A DNA stretch of 64,000 nucleotides from Tepidisphaera sp. (GCA_050916045.1 CP051526.1:3328001-3392000); one strand, 5' to 3'. Positions 41,112 through 51,032 are shown, numbered from the stretch's first letter. Notes: generated by a model from the letters alone, not told the origin. Made by a program: numbers and translations.

Positions 41112-42005
41112 CTACGCCCCCGCCGGGTGCCACATCGTCTTCATATCCACGAGCGGCTCGATCCACCACGGGTGCTCGCACGCTTCCACATCCGCGAAGT
41201 CGACCGTGTGGATCGACACCCGCTTGAGATTCTCCGCCACACCCTTCCGCAGGATCGCCGCGTCCTCCGCCGGCAGGTTCGCCGCGATCACGCCGTCGAT
41301 ATCCCGATGCGAAGCCACAAACGGCAGCAGTTCCGCCCGCTCACCCGTCAGTACGTTCACCACGCCCCCCGGCACATCCCCCGTCGCGCACGCTTCCGCG
41401 AACACCGCCGCCGGGATCGGATTCGTCACGCTCGGAATGACGATCGCCGCGTTCCCCGACACGATCGCCGGTGCCACCAGCGACACAAGCCCGAGCAGCG
41501 GCGCCTCATCCGGACACACCGCGACCACGACCCCCATCGCCTCGGGCACCGTGAAGTTGTAGAAGGGCCCCGCCACCGGGTTGTTGCACCCGAGCACCTG
41601 CGCGAACTTGTCCGCCCAGCCCGCAAAGTGCACCAGCCGGTCCACCGCGAGCGTCACTTCCTCTTCCGCTTTCAACACCCGGGCCCGCTTGCCCTTGGCG
41701 GCCGCTTTCTTTCCACCCGCTTTCACCGCGTCGATCGCATCCGCAAGCTCGCGCCGCTTCCCCTCCACCATCTCCGCGATCCGGTACAGGATCTGCCCGC
41801 GCAGATACGCCGTCGCCGAAGCCCACCCCGCGTGCGCCTTCCGAGCCGCTTCGACGGCATCACGCAGGTCCTTCCGCGACGCTTTGCACAGGTGCACATC
41901 ACCGGAAGCAGTCGCGACCTCCATCGTCCGCCCGCTCTCGGTCCGCGGAAACTTCCCGTCGATGTAAAGCTTGTACGTCTTCAGCACGTCGATTCGCTCA
42001 GCCAT
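41112..42005 (-). CDS. Truncated aldehyde-dehydrogenase-family protein (ALDH16 C-terminal-like partner)
   Basis: KTYKLYIDGKFPRTESGR; PGGVVNVLTG; ENLKR; KTMWHP; no catalytic domain. Confidence 0.85.
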   Translation of the reverse strand: MAERIDVLKTYKLYIDGKFPRTESGRTMEVATASGDVHLCKASRKDLRDAVEAARKAHAGWASATAYLRGQILYRIAEMVEGKRRELADAIDAVKAGGKKAAAKGKRARVLKAEEEVTLAVDRLVHFAGWADKFAQVLGCNNPVAGPFYNFTVPEAMGVVVAVCPDEAPLLGLVSLVAPAIVSGNAAIVIPSVTNPIPAAVFAEACATGDVPGGVVNVLTGERAELLPFVASHRDIDGVIAANLPAEDAAILRKGVAENLKRVSIHTVDFADVEACEHPWWIEPLVDMKTMWHPAGA

Positions 42006-42016
42006 CGCTCACTCCT

Positions 42017-42316
42017 CTACATCGTCGGCGATCCGGAATCCGTCACAAGCACCCGCACCGCCGCTCCCACGCAAAGCACCGCCACCATCCCAAGCGCCCA
42101 CCGGCCCGACATCGGCCCGTGGTCCCGCACATTGTGCCACAGGAAGTACCCCGACACCGCCGCCAGCGAAGCCAGCTTGAGCGCCATCGAAAATCGCGCA
42201 AGCCGCGTCACAAACCGTGGGAGCCGATGCCGGAGCGGCCCGAACGCCACAAACGCCGACACGCCGAGCGTGACCACCGCAATCCCCGCATGCACCATGT
42301 TCCGCGAAAATTCCAA
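42017..42316 (-). CDS. Small three-TM hypothetical protein
   Basis: Three hydrophobic segments; fills the gap between the two ALDH genes. Confidence 0.55.
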   Translation of the reverse strand: MEFSRNMVHAGIAVVTLGVSAFVAFGPLRHRLPRFVTRLARFSMALKLASLAAVSGYFLWHNVRDHGPMSGRWALGMVAVLCVGAAVRVLVTDSGSPTM

Positions 42317-42325
42317 ACTTAGCCC

Positions 42326-43870
42326 TCACAGATTCACATACCCCCGCAAGCCCTGCATCCCCCCCTCGCGCCCGAACCCCGACTCCTTGAACCCGCCGAA
42401 CGGGCTCGCCGGGTCGAACTTGTTGTACGTGTTCATCCACACCACGCCCGCTTTCAGCTGCCGCGCGATCTGGAAGATCTTCGACCCCTTGTCCGTCCAC
42501 ACGCCCGCCGCAAGCCCATACGGCGAGTTGTTCGCCCGCGTGATCGCTTCCTCCGGCGTCCGGAAGCTCATCACGCTCAGGACCGGCCCGAAAATCTCCT
42601 CGCGTGCGATCGTGTGCGCCGGCTGCACGCCCGTGAAGAAGCACGGCCGGCAGAAGTATCCCTTCGCGAACCCATCGTTCACCGAAGCCCACGGGTTCGA
42701 ACCCGTGGGTTTGCCGCCGCCCACATGAAGCTCCGCCCCTTCCTCCGCCCCGATACGGATGTACTTCTCGATCGTCGCAAGCTGCTGCTTGGAGTTCACA
42801 GCTCCGACATCCGTGTTCTTGTCCATCGGGTCGCCCACCCGCAAGCTCGCCATCCGATGCTTCAGCTTCTTCACCACAAGCTCAAGCACCGATTCCTGCA
42901 CGAAAAGCCGCGACCCCGCGCAGCACACCTCGCCCTGATTGAAGTAAATCCCCGCGATGATCCCCTCCACCGCCTGATCGATCGAAGCATCCTCAAAGAT
43001 AATGTTCGCGCTCTTCCCGCCAAGCTCAAGCGTCAGCTTCGGCACGTTCCCCTTCCGCGCCGGATCGCTCACCGCCGCCGCGATCCGCTTGCCCACCTCC
43101 GTCGACCCCGTGAACGCGATCTTGTTCACCCCCGGGTGCGAAACCAGCGCCGCTCCCGTCCGCCCATCCCCCGTCACCACGTTCACCACGCCCGGCGGAA
43201 GCTCGCACTCCTCGATGATCTCAGCAAGCCGCAGCGCCGTCAGCGGCGTCGTCTCCGCCGGCTTGAGCACCACCGTGTTCCCGCACGCCAGCGCCGGCCC
43301 GATCTTCCACGCCGCCATCAAAAGCGGAAAGTTCCACGGGATGATCTGCCCGCACACACCAACCGGCGTCGGCGTCCGCCCCGGGAACGCATACTTCAGC
43401 TTGTCCGCCCACCCCGCGTGATAGAACAGGTGCGCCGCCACCAACGGCACATCCACATCCCGGCTTTCCTTGATCGGCTTGCCCGAATCCATCGTCTCGA
43501 GGATCGCGAGCTCGCGAGCCCGCTCCTGCACGCGCCGCGCCAGCCGGAAAAGATACTTGCTCCGCTCACCCGCCGCCAAGCCCGCCCACTTCGGCTGAGC
43601 TTTCACCGCCGCTTGCACCGCCGCATCGACATCGCTCGCGGACCCCTGCGCAACCTCCGCAAGCGTCTGCTCATTCGCCGGGTTGATCGTCCCAAACACC
43701 GCCGGCTCGCCCTTTCCAGGCTTGCCCGCGACGAACTTGCCCCCGATGAAATGCCCGTAACGCGGCTTGATCGCGACCTTCACCGTCTCGGGCGCGGGCG
43801 CATAATCCCACCCCGCACGCTTGACCAAAGCCGGTTCGGCGACCACTCCGTTGCTCTGTTCCTGACCCAT
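42326..43870 (-). CDS. Aldehyde dehydrogenase
   Basis: IIPWNFP; FTGSTEVG; LELGGKS; NQGEVCCAG; EEIFGP; PFGGFKESGFGRE. Confidence 0.96.
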   Translation of the reverse strand: MGQEQSNGVVAEPALVKRAGWDYAPAPETVKVAIKPRYGHFIGGKFVAGKPGKGEPAVFGTINPANEQTLAEVAQGSASDVDAAVQAAVKAQPKWAGLAAGERSKYLFRLARRVQERARELAILETMDSGKPIKESRDVDVPLVAAHLFYHAGWADKLKYAFPGRTPTPVGVCGQIIPWNFPLLMAAWKIGPALACGNTVVLKPAETTPLTALRLAEIIEECELPPGVVNVVTGDGRTGAALVSHPGVNKIAFTGSTEVGKRIAAAVSDPARKGNVPKLTLELGGKSANIIFEDASIDQAVEGIIAGIYFNQGEVCCAGSRLFVQESVLELVVKKLKHRMASLRVGDPMDKNTDVGAVNSKQQLATIEKYIRIGAEEGAELHVGGGKPTGSNPWASVNDGFAKGYFCRPCFFTGVQPAHTIAREEIFGPVLSVMSFRTPEEAITRANNSPYGLAAGVWTDKGSKIFQIARQLKAGVVWMNTYNKFDPASPFGGFKESGFGREGGMQGLRGYVNL

Positions 43871-43909
43871 GCAAGCTCCTCGACCGGCGTACCCATCGCC
43901 CGCCTGAGG

Positions 43910-44629
43910 TTATGCCGCCCGCCCCGACGGCCCCCCGGCCGCAACCACGCGTTCCCAGCCACATTCCGGGCACTTCGCAAGCCCGCCGACCTCGTACCCG
44001 CACCCGACGCATCGTCCTTTCCGCACCCGCACCCAGCGCCGAACGCCCTTCACGATCACCCACACACCCAACCCGATCACGCCCCCGAGCACCCCGTAGA
44101 TCGCCGAGTTCGCCATCAGTCCAGGCCACATCACCCCCGTCGGAAGCGGCCGCGGCTTTCCCTCTTTCGCGAGCCATCGAACATCGATGCCCGCGTTGAG
44201 CCCGACCCGCTCCACGAACGCGGACTTGATCGCTTGCACCCTCTCGCTCGTCTGGCCCGGCCGCATCGGGCGGTACGCGAGCGAATCACTCCGCACCGCG
44301 TAGCACGGCCACCCGAACTCCGACGACCAGATCGTAAACCAGCCGCCGTCAAGCCCGCGCTCCGTCGGAACCGGGAAATCCGTCGCGACCTGCCGAAATC
44401 CCGCGGCCCGACCCGGCATTTCACGCCCGGCTTTCGGCTCGGGAAGCACATCCGCCAGATAGCTCGGCGTCCGCCACGACGACGCTTCCGTCCGGGACTG
44501 ACCGCGAAAGGAACTGAGGTCCGCCCGGAGCGCGATCGTCCACGCGACACCAAGCGTACAAATCACGCCGAAGACCCACGCCAGCCCGCACCACCAAGCC
44601 ACAATGGCGAACCAGCGGCGTCTCATCAC
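43910..44629 (-). CDS. Membrane protein with a C-terminal zinc ribbon
   Basis: Two TM segments; GRCVGCGYEVGGLAKCPECG. Confidence 0.7.
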   Translation of the reverse strand: MMRRRWFAIVAWWCGLAWVFGVICTLGVAWTIALRADLSSFRGQSRTEASSWRTPSYLADVLPEPKAGREMPGRAAGFRQVATDFPVPTERGLDGGWFTIWSSEFGWPCYAVRSDSLAYRPMRPGQTSERVQAIKSAFVERVGLNAGIDVRWLAKEGKPRPLPTGVMWPGLMANSAIYGVLGGVIGLGVWVIVKGVRRWVRVRKGRCVGCGYEVGGLAKCPECGWERVVAAGGPSGRAA

Positions 44630-44646
44630 TCCCGAGCATACCCCGC

Positions 44647-45153
44647 ATGCCCGAACGCTTCCTTCTTGACATCACCCGCGTCGAGATCACCGATCACCGC
44701 GGCGCAAAGCGCGTCGTGCCGCTCCTCGACGCCCTCGGCCCCCCCCGCGGCTTCGCCAACCACCCGGGAAGCCCCGCGCTCTGGAGCATCCGCAAGCACA
44801 TCCTCCGCCGCACCTGGCTCGCCGGCATGCTCCTGGGCGGAACGGTCACCCTCGTCATCGCCGGAGTTCTCGGGACGATCGTTCTGGTCCCGCGGCTCAA
44901 CCGCACGACCGCCGATTTCTTCTTCTGGGTCGCCGTCTCGATCCCGCTCTTCATCCTCGGCTATGAGCGATTCGTGCTGCCGATCTTCCGGCGCATGTAC
45001 CGCCCCGCGTACACGGACGGCGCCCTTGCAATCAAGCTCTGCCCATTCTGCCTGTACGATCTCTCGAGCATCGCGCCCGACGCCGACGGTGCCCGGACGT
45101 GCCCTGAGTGCGCCGGCGGCTGGCGTCTCGCGGAACCGCGCCCGCCCGGCTGA
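44647..45153 (+). CDS. Membrane protein with a C-terminal zinc ribbon
   Basis: Two TM segments; LCPFCLYDL..RTCPECAG. Confidence 0.7.
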   Translation: MPERFLLDITRVEITDHRGAKRVVPLLDALGPPRGFANHPGSPALWSIRKHILRRTWLAGMLLGGTVTLVIAGVLGTIVLVPRLNRTTADFFFWVAVSIPLFILGYERFVLPIFRRMYRPAYTDGALAIKLCPFCLYDLSSIAPDADGARTCPECAGGWRLAEPRPPG

Positions 45154-45576
45154 TCACGCGGCTTTACCGATCGCGTCGTCGCACGCGCGGACGATCGTCT
45201 CGGGCCGGAACGGCTTGGTGACAAACGAGTGACACCCCGCGTCCAGGCACTGCTTGCGGATGTCCACCTCGCGGCTGCCCGAACACGCGATCACCGGCAC
45301 CGTACACCCGCGAGCGCGGATCTCGCGGACGATCTCCGGCCCGGTCATCCCCGGCATGTTCACATCGATCACGACGATATCGAACCGCGCAAACCCCGAC
45401 CCCTCGGGCACGTTCTCAAGCGCCTGCAGCGCGATCATCCCCGTCTCCGCCACGACGACCGTGTAGCCCGCTTTGGTCAGAGATCGCTGCGCCAGAATGC
45501 GGCTCAGCGAGCAGTCATCGATCACCAGCGCCCGTCGGGCCTGAACCTTCATCCCCTGATCGCTCTGCTGTCCCAT
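45154..45576 (-). CDS. Single-domain (CheY-like) response regulator
   Basis: LVIDD; IDVNMPGMTG; FVTKPF. Start 45576 or 45552. Confidence 0.9.
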   Translation of the reverse strand: MGQQSDQGMKVQARRALVIDDCSLSRILAQRSLTKAGYTVVVAETGMIALQALENVPEGSGFARFDIVVIDVNMPGMTGPEIVREIRARGCTVPVIACSGSREVDIRKQCLDAGCHSFVTKPFRPETIVRACDDAIGKAA

Positions 45577-45643
45577 GCTGTATTCATCGGCATACCCGCC
45601 GCGAGCGTTCACCGGGCGGCACGATCCAAGGTCCGTTCTCGCG

Positions 45644-46210
45644 TCAGAATCCCAGCAGCGATTCCACACGCTCGACCAGAATGTGGAGCACCAGCATGTG
45701 GAGCTCCTGGATCCGATCCGACGTCGGCCCCGGAGCGATGACCTCATGATCGCACACCCCACGAAGCGGGCCGCCGTCCTTGCCCAGCAGAGCCACCGTC
45801 GTGATCCGCTTGGACTTCGCCGCCGCGACCGCACGGACGATGTTCGCGGACTTGCCGCTGGTCGTCAGTACAATCAGCACGTCGCCGGAAGCTCCCAAAG
45901 CCTCGACGCCCCGCGAAAACACCTGGTCAAACCCGTAATCGTTCGCGACGCACGTCAGATGCCCGGGTTCGGCGATCGCAATCGCCGGCAGAGCCTTCCG
46001 ATCCGCGCGAAAGCGGCCCGTCAGCTCCTCCGCGAAGTGGATCGAGTCCGCGAGTGACCCGCCGTTCCCGCAGATCAGCACCTTGTTGCCAGCCTTGAAC
46101 GCCTCAGCGAGCGCGACCGCGATCGCCTCGACCTTCGACGCCGTTTGCGCGGTCGCGAACGCGGCCGCAAGCTCCGCCGCTTCCCTTAGAGATTGTTCCG
46201 CTGTCGCCAT
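45644..46210 (-). CDS. gmhA: D-sedoheptulose-7-phosphate isomerase
   Basis: CGNGGS..HFAEEL; NDYG; TTSGKS; DRIQELH. Confidence 0.93.
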   Translation of the reverse strand: MATAEQSLREAAELAAAFATAQTASKVEAIAVALAEAFKAGNKVLICGNGGSLADSIHFAEELTGRFRADRKALPAIAIAEPGHLTCVANDYGFDQVFSRGVEALGASGDVLIVLTTSGKSANIVRAVAAAKSKRITTVALLGKDGGPLRGVCDHEVIAPGPTSDRIQELHMLVLHILVERVESLLGF

Positions 46211-46257
46211 TCCCCGAGGATAGCAGGGTTTGCTGTCCGAGCGGTCCGCTCCGAATC

Positions 46258-47403
46258 TCAGTGTCCCGCCGCCGGTGCCGCCGCCGCTTTGGCTTCGTTC
46301 GCCGTCGTCAGTGCGTCGATCATCTCCGCTTGCCAGGGGTGTTCGCCAAGCCACTCGATCTCGCCGGTGGAGATGTCGCAGACCGCGCCCACGACCTTGA
46401 CCTTGCCCTTGGCGACCAGCGACCGAATGTCCTTGCTCTCGCGGATCAAGCTGAACACCGTCTGCCAGACGTTCTCCTTGATCGCGGCTTTCGTCAGATC
46501 ATCCCCCTTCGCGTCCGGGTTCTTCCGCTTGGCCCGCGCCACCGCCGGCTCAATGGCATCGACGATGTCCGCGATCTTCCCGTGCACATCCGCGCCCGCA
46601 ACCGCCGCCCCGACCGCTCCGCACTTGGAGTGACCCATCACGACCAGAAGCGGCGTGTTCAGGTGACCAAGACCGTACTCGACCGTCCCGATCTCGCTCG
46701 TCCCGGCGATGTTGCCCGCCACGCGGACGACGAACACCTCGCCCACGCCGCGATCCACGATCCGCTCAACCGGAAGACGAGAATCCGCGCACGTCAGCAC
46801 CGTCACGAACGGCTTCTGCCCGTTGTCGGTGACATCCTTGCGACGGGCGGCGTCGGTGTTCGGGCTCGTCGGCTTGCCGGCGACCCAGCGGGTGTTGCCA
46901 TCCATCAGCAGCTTGAGCGCTTCATCCGCGGCGACCGATCCCGCCTCGCCGTGGCTCGCCGAACCCGCAGTCGAACTTCCGGACGACTTTACCGGCTGTC
47001 CGTGCGGATCGCTGTGACCCGCCTGTGGCTTGCCGTGCGGGTCCCCGTGACCATCATCGCTCTTCGAGCTGCCGTGCGAAGCGACCTTCGTTGCCGCGCC
47101 CGCACCCGGGCCGTGATCATCCTCATGCCCGCCCGAAGCATGCTCATCGCCGTGGCCGCCCATCGGCTCCGCTCCGTGGCCACCACCATGACCATCGTCA
47201 TGGCCGGAACCGCCTGCGGATTCATGTCCTGCGTCGTGGCTCGCGCCGTGCTCGCCGTGGCCATCATCGTGGCCTGCCGAGTGATCGCCATGACCATCGT
47301 GGGCCTTCGCGCCCGTCGGCGACACGCCCGAAGCCATCGCGATCACGACCGCCGCCGTGATCCCGCCCGAAACCGCCGCCATGACCACGGATTTGCCTGT
47401 CAT
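46258..47403 (-). CDS. Exported beta-carbonic anhydrase with a His-rich N-terminal extension
   Basis: CADSR; RVAGN; GHSKCGAV; hydrophobic N-terminus followed by about 20 His in a Gly/Asp-rich linker. Confidence 0.92.
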   Translation of the reverse strand: MTGKSVVMAAVSGGITAAVVIAMASGVSPTGAKAHDGHGDHSAGHDDGHGEHGASHDAGHESAGGSGHDDGHGGGHGAEPMGGHGDEHASGGHEDDHGPGAGAATKVASHGSSKSDDGHGDPHGKPQAGHSDPHGQPVKSSGSSTAGSASHGEAGSVAADEALKLLMDGNTRWVAGKPTSPNTDAARRKDVTDNGQKPFVTVLTCADSRLPVERIVDRGVGEVFVVRVAGNIAGTSEIGTVEYGLGHLNTPLLVVMGHSKCGAVGAAVAGADVHGKIADIVDAIEPAVARAKRKNPDAKGDDLTKAAIKENVWQTVFSLIRESKDIRSLVAKGKVKVVGAVCDISTGEIEWLGEHPWQAEMIDALTTANEAKAAAAPAAGH

Positions 47404-47469
47404 CGTAAAGCTCCTGGGAAACCACCGTCGTCATCGGACATTCTGGGACGCCGCTTCAGTCCCACCGAC

Positions 47470-47485
47470 TGGCACGCGAGTTGCG
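47470..47485 (+). promoter_or_regulatory. Sigma54 (-24/-12) promoter of flgF
   Basis: TGGCACG-cgag-TTGCG, matching the consensus spacing; ATG follows at 47497. Confidence 0.8.
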
Positions 47486-47496
47486 TGTGCATCCGC

Positions 47497-48267
47497 ATGG
47501 ACCTTGGCGTCTCACTCTCAACCTCGGGCGCACTCACCGCGATGTACCGCATGGACGTTCTGTCCAATAACCTCGCGAACGTCTCAACCGCCGGCTTCAA
47601 GCCCGACCTGCCCATCGCCAAACAGCGTGACGTGGTCCGCCGCGAGGACGGCATCGACATGCCGTCCAATGAGCTGCTCGAGCGTCTCGGCGGCGGGGTG
47701 CACCAGGGGCGCACCCGCGTGCGCTTCTCGCAGGGCGCACTTGTTGCCGGTGGTGACCTGGATTGCGCGTTGCAAGGCGACGGGTTCTTCGTCGTCCGAG
47801 AATCCGGAAGCAGCGCCGGCGACCAGCTCCGCCTCACCCGCAACGGCCGGTTCGCCGTCGACGCCCGCAACCGCCTCGTCATGGCCGACTCAGGCCTTCC
47901 CGTCATGTCCGCGAGCAACGACGTCATCACGATCGACCCGCGCAAGCCGGTGACCATCAACACCGACGGCAAGATCGTCCAGGGCAACTCCGAAGTCGGC
48001 TTTCTCAAGGTCGTCGATGTCCCCAACCCCGACGGCCTGACCAAGTCCGGCAACATGTTCAAAGCACCCGCCGAAGCCCTGCAATCCAAGACGAAAGCCA
48101 ACGCCCTCGTCCGTCAGGGACAGGTGGAGCAGTCCACCGTCGACCCCCTCCAAGCCACCATGCAGATCTCCAACGCGGCCCGCGCCGTCGAAAGCAACCT
48201 CAACGTCATGACCTACTCCGACCGCATGATGGAACGGGCCATCAACACCCTCGGCCGTCCGTCGTAA
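47497..48267 (+). CDS. flgF: Flagellar basal-body rod protein FlgF
   Basis: SNNLANVSTAGFK; ALQGDGFFVV; LTRNGRF; EQSTVD; precedes flgG. Confidence 0.8.
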   Translation: MDLGVSLSTSGALTAMYRMDVLSNNLANVSTAGFKPDLPIAKQRDVVRREDGIDMPSNELLERLGGGVHQGRTRVRFSQGALVAGGDLDCALQGDGFFVVRESGSSAGDQLRLTRNGRFAVDARNRLVMADSGLPVMSASNDVITIDPRKPVTINTDGKIVQGNSEVGFLKVVDVPNPDGLTKSGNMFKAPAEALQSKTKANALVRQGQVEQSTVDPLQATMQISNAARAVESNLNVMTYSDRMMERAINTLGRPS

Positions 48268-48288
48268 AGCACTCCCCAAGGAACACCC

Positions 48289-49089
48289 ATGGCGATTATC
48301 GCGCTCCAGTCCGCCGCTTCGGCACTTTCTGCGCTCAACACCGCGCTCGACGTCACCGCCAACAACCTGGCCAACGTCAACACGACCGGGTTCAAGTCCA
48401 GCCGGGCCAACTTCCAGGACCTCCTCTACATCGAACGCGCCCAGCCCGGCGTCGAGAACGCCAACGGCGACCAGCGCCCCATCGGCCTGTACGTCGGCCT
48501 GGGCGTCAAAGTCGCCGGCACCCAGCTCAACTTCACCCCGGGCAACCCGATCGTGGGCAACGAGTTTGACCTGATGATCGACGGCCCCGGGTTCTTCAAG
48601 GTCCGCGTCGAGGACGCCAGCGGCGGCACCGCCTACACCCGCGCAGGGCACTTTGTGCGCAATTCCGAGGGCGATATCGTTCTCGCAAGCTCCGACGGCC
48701 GTCGCTTGGAGCCCAACATCCCGATCCCCGCCGACGCCACCTCCGTTTCGGTCACCACCGACGGCAACGTCTGGTTCATGCAGGCCGGCAACCCCCAGCC
48801 GCAGCAGGCCGGGCAGATCCAGCTCGTCAACTTCGTCAATCCGGCCGGTCTCAAGCAGATCGGCGAGACTTTGTTCACCGAGACCGCCGCCAGCGGCGGG
48901 CCCGTCGAGGGCGTCCCCGGCACCGATAACCGCGGGACCATCAAGCAGGGCTACACCGAATCATCGAACGTCGATCCCACCCGCGAGCTGATCGACATGA
49001 TCCGCACGCAGCGGGCTTTCGAGATGAACAGCAACACGATCCGGGCGGCGGACGACACGCTGCGGGCGGTCGCTCAGCTCCGGCGGTAA
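48289..49089 (+). CDS. flgG: Flagellar basal-body rod protein FlgG
   Basis: ANNLANVNTTGFKSSRANFQDLLY; YTRAG; ESSNVD; QRAFEMNS. Confidence 0.95.
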   Translation: MAIIALQSAASALSALNTALDVTANNLANVNTTGFKSSRANFQDLLYIERAQPGVENANGDQRPIGLYVGLGVKVAGTQLNFTPGNPIVGNEFDLMIDGPGFFKVRVEDASGGTAYTRAGHFVRNSEGDIVLASSDGRRLEPNIPIPADATSVSVTTDGNVWFMQAGNPQPQQAGQIQLVNFVNPAGLKQIGETLFTETAASGGPVEGVPGTDNRGTIKQGYTESSNVDPTRELIDMIRTQRAFEMNSNTIRAADDTLRAVAQLRR

Positions 49090-49109
49090 TCCTGAAGATC
49101 TGACCCGTC

Positions 49110-49125
49110 TGGCATGACGGTTGCG
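49110..49125 (+). promoter_or_regulatory. Internal sigma54 promoter of flgA-flgH
   Basis: TGGCATG-acgg-TTGCG between flgG and flgA. Confidence 0.7.
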
Positions 49126-49188
49126 ATGGGCTTCGTGTCGCCACGGATGGCGACGTCTGGGCGCAAGGACGCGCCCGCGGAGGTCGGC

Positions 49189-50295
49189 ATGCAGAACTTG
49201 CTCAATCATCCCGGAACCAACACCCGCCGTTTGGTCGCGATCGTTCTCGCGGTGGTCATGGTGTGCGTCTCGGCCGCCCGGGGCCAGGACACCGTGACCC
49301 TGCGGCCGACCGCAGAGGTCGGCGAGGGCAAGATCCTGCTCAAGGACGTCGCCGACCTGGACGGCAAAGCGGCCGAATCCCTCGGCGACGTGGTCGTGCT
49401 TGAGAAGTGGACGGGCGGAGAAGCGTCATGGACGACGCTGGAGCTCTCCGCGGTGCGAACGGCGCTGAACGCCGCTTCGGGCGTCAACTGGGGCCGGCTG
49501 TCGCTCAACGGGTCTTCGTGCACGGTCCGCCGAGCGGTGAAGCCCGTCGAAGGGCCGGCGCCCGCGCCGACGGCCGAGCCTGCGGCTTTGGCCCCCACTC
49601 CGGGCGGCGGATCATCGGTTCGTGACCTGGTGACGGCCCGGATCGCCGAGATCTTCTCCGTGGACCAGATGATGCTTCGCCTGACGTTCGAAGCGTCCTC
49701 GAAAGGCCTCCTGGACCTTTCCACAACCGGGCGTGCGGTTGAGATCACGCCCAGCGGCGTGGCGGACCGCGTGCCGCTGACGATCCGCGTGTTCGAGAAG
49801 GACCGGATCGTGGCTTCGGGAACCACGCGGGTGGGTGTGCTGATCCGCCGCGATGTGCTGATCGCCAAAGCGGCGATGAAGCGGGGCGATGTGCTCGACC
49901 TGAGCGACGCGCAGATCGAAGCACGCTGGGTCGGTCCCACGCTCCCTGTCGCCGACATCGCCGATGTGGGGTCGATCGTCAAAGCGAGCAAGATCACGCA
50001 GGGCCAGATGATCCTCGACAACGAGCTTGAGCCCGCGGTGGTCATCAAGAAGGGTGAGCAGGTCAGCGTCTCGTGCATCGCGGGCACCGTGATCGTCAGA
50101 ACGACGGCCCGCGCCGGGAGCGACGGCCGCATCGGCGACGTGATCTCCTTCGAGGGCACCGACAAGAAGAAGCAGGTCTTCCTGGCCCGCGTCGCGGGCC
50201 CGGGCAAAGCGGTCGCGATCGCGGCCGGTTCCGAAGGCTTTGAAGCGGCGGCCGAGCCCGCCGCGACCAGCATCCCAGCAGGAGGTTCCCGATGA
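49189..50295 (+). CDS. flgA: Flagellar P-ring formation chaperone FlgA
   Basis: Signal peptide; SAF-like C-terminus VIKKGEQV..ARAGSDGRIGDVI; GGAGG before ATG 49189; synteny. Confidence 0.85.
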   Translation: MQNLLNHPGTNTRRLVAIVLAVVMVCVSAARGQDTVTLRPTAEVGEGKILLKDVADLDGKAAESLGDVVVLEKWTGGEASWTTLELSAVRTALNAASGVNWGRLSLNGSSCTVRRAVKPVEGPAPAPTAEPAALAPTPGGGSSVRDLVTARIAEIFSVDQMMLRLTFEASSKGLLDLSTTGRAVEITPSGVADRVPLTIRVFEKDRIVASGTTRVGVLIRRDVLIAKAAMKRGDVLDLSDAQIEARWVGPTLPVADIADVGSIVKASKITQGQMILDNELEPAVVIKKGEQVSVSCIAGTVIVRTTARAGSDGRIGDVISFEGTDKKKQVFLARVAGPGKAVAIAAGSEGFEAAAEPAATSIPAGGSR

Positions 50296-50981
50296 AACTT
50301 GCGATCTCGATCGTGGCAATGACGGCCGGTGCGGCCCACGCCCAGAGCTTGTTCCGCCCCATCGGCGAAGTCCTCCCCCCCACCGTCGGCCCCGACGGGA
50401 CGCCGATGACCGCACCCAACGAAGAGCTTCGGGCGACGAGCATGATGTACATCGCGCCCCCCAAACCGCGCAAATTCGAGGTGCATCAGCAGGTCATGAT
50501 CCTCGTCGATGAGAACAGCCAGTCGACGAGCAAGGAAAGCCTCGAGACCAAGAAGGACATGCAGCAGGATTCGTCCCTCAAGAAGTTCCCGAGCCTCAAG
50601 GACCTGATCGAGGGCGAGCTCCGCACGGGTGACAGCTCACCGATCGTCGAGTTCGGGGTCGCGGACAAGAGCAAGTACAAGGGCGAGGGGACGTACCAGC
50701 GCGACGACCGTTTCACGGCGAAGATCACGGCGACGGTCATCGATGTCAAGCCCAACGGCATCCTCGTGATCGAAGCCCGCAAGAGCATCACGACCAACGG
50801 CGAGACCAAGACCCTTGTGCTGTCGGGAACGTGCCGCCGCGAGGACGTGACGGGGAGCAACACAGTGCTTTCGAGCCAGCTGGCGGACCTGACGATCGTG
50901 CAAGAAACGTCGGGCGAGCTTCGTGACGCGTCGGACAAGGGCTGGATCACGCGGGTGCTCGAAGCGGTGTTCAGCTTCTAG
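50292..50981 (+). CDS. flgH: Flagellar L-ring protein FlgH
   Basis: ITATVIDVKPNGILVIEA; LSGTCRREDV; NTVLSSQLAD; KGWIT. Confidence 0.92.
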   Translation: MKLAISIVAMTAGAAHAQSLFRPIGEVLPPTVGPDGTPMTAPNEELRATSMMYIAPPKPRKFEVHQQVMILVDENSQSTSKESLETKKDMQQDSSLKKFPSLKDLIEGELRTGDSSPIVEFGVADKSKYKGEGTYQRDDRFTAKITATVIDVKPNGILVIEARKSITTNGETKTLVLSGTCRREDVTGSNTVLSSQLADLTIVQETSGELRDASDKGWITRVLEAVFSF

Positions 50982-51032
50982 CGTCATCCCTCGGCGATGG
51001 ACGCCCGAGTGACGGGCGGACGAGGTCGATGC

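Noticed and set aside
47030..47300. Tandem repeat or CRISPR-like periodicity
   Set aside because: Explained by His/Gly/Asp codons of the carbonic anhydrase linker; no fixed repeat-spacer structure or cas genes.
46261..47496. Apparent 668-aa FlgF with a long N-terminal extension
   Set aside because: The extension is antisense to the carbonic anhydrase; the sigma54 promoter and homology place the start at 47497.
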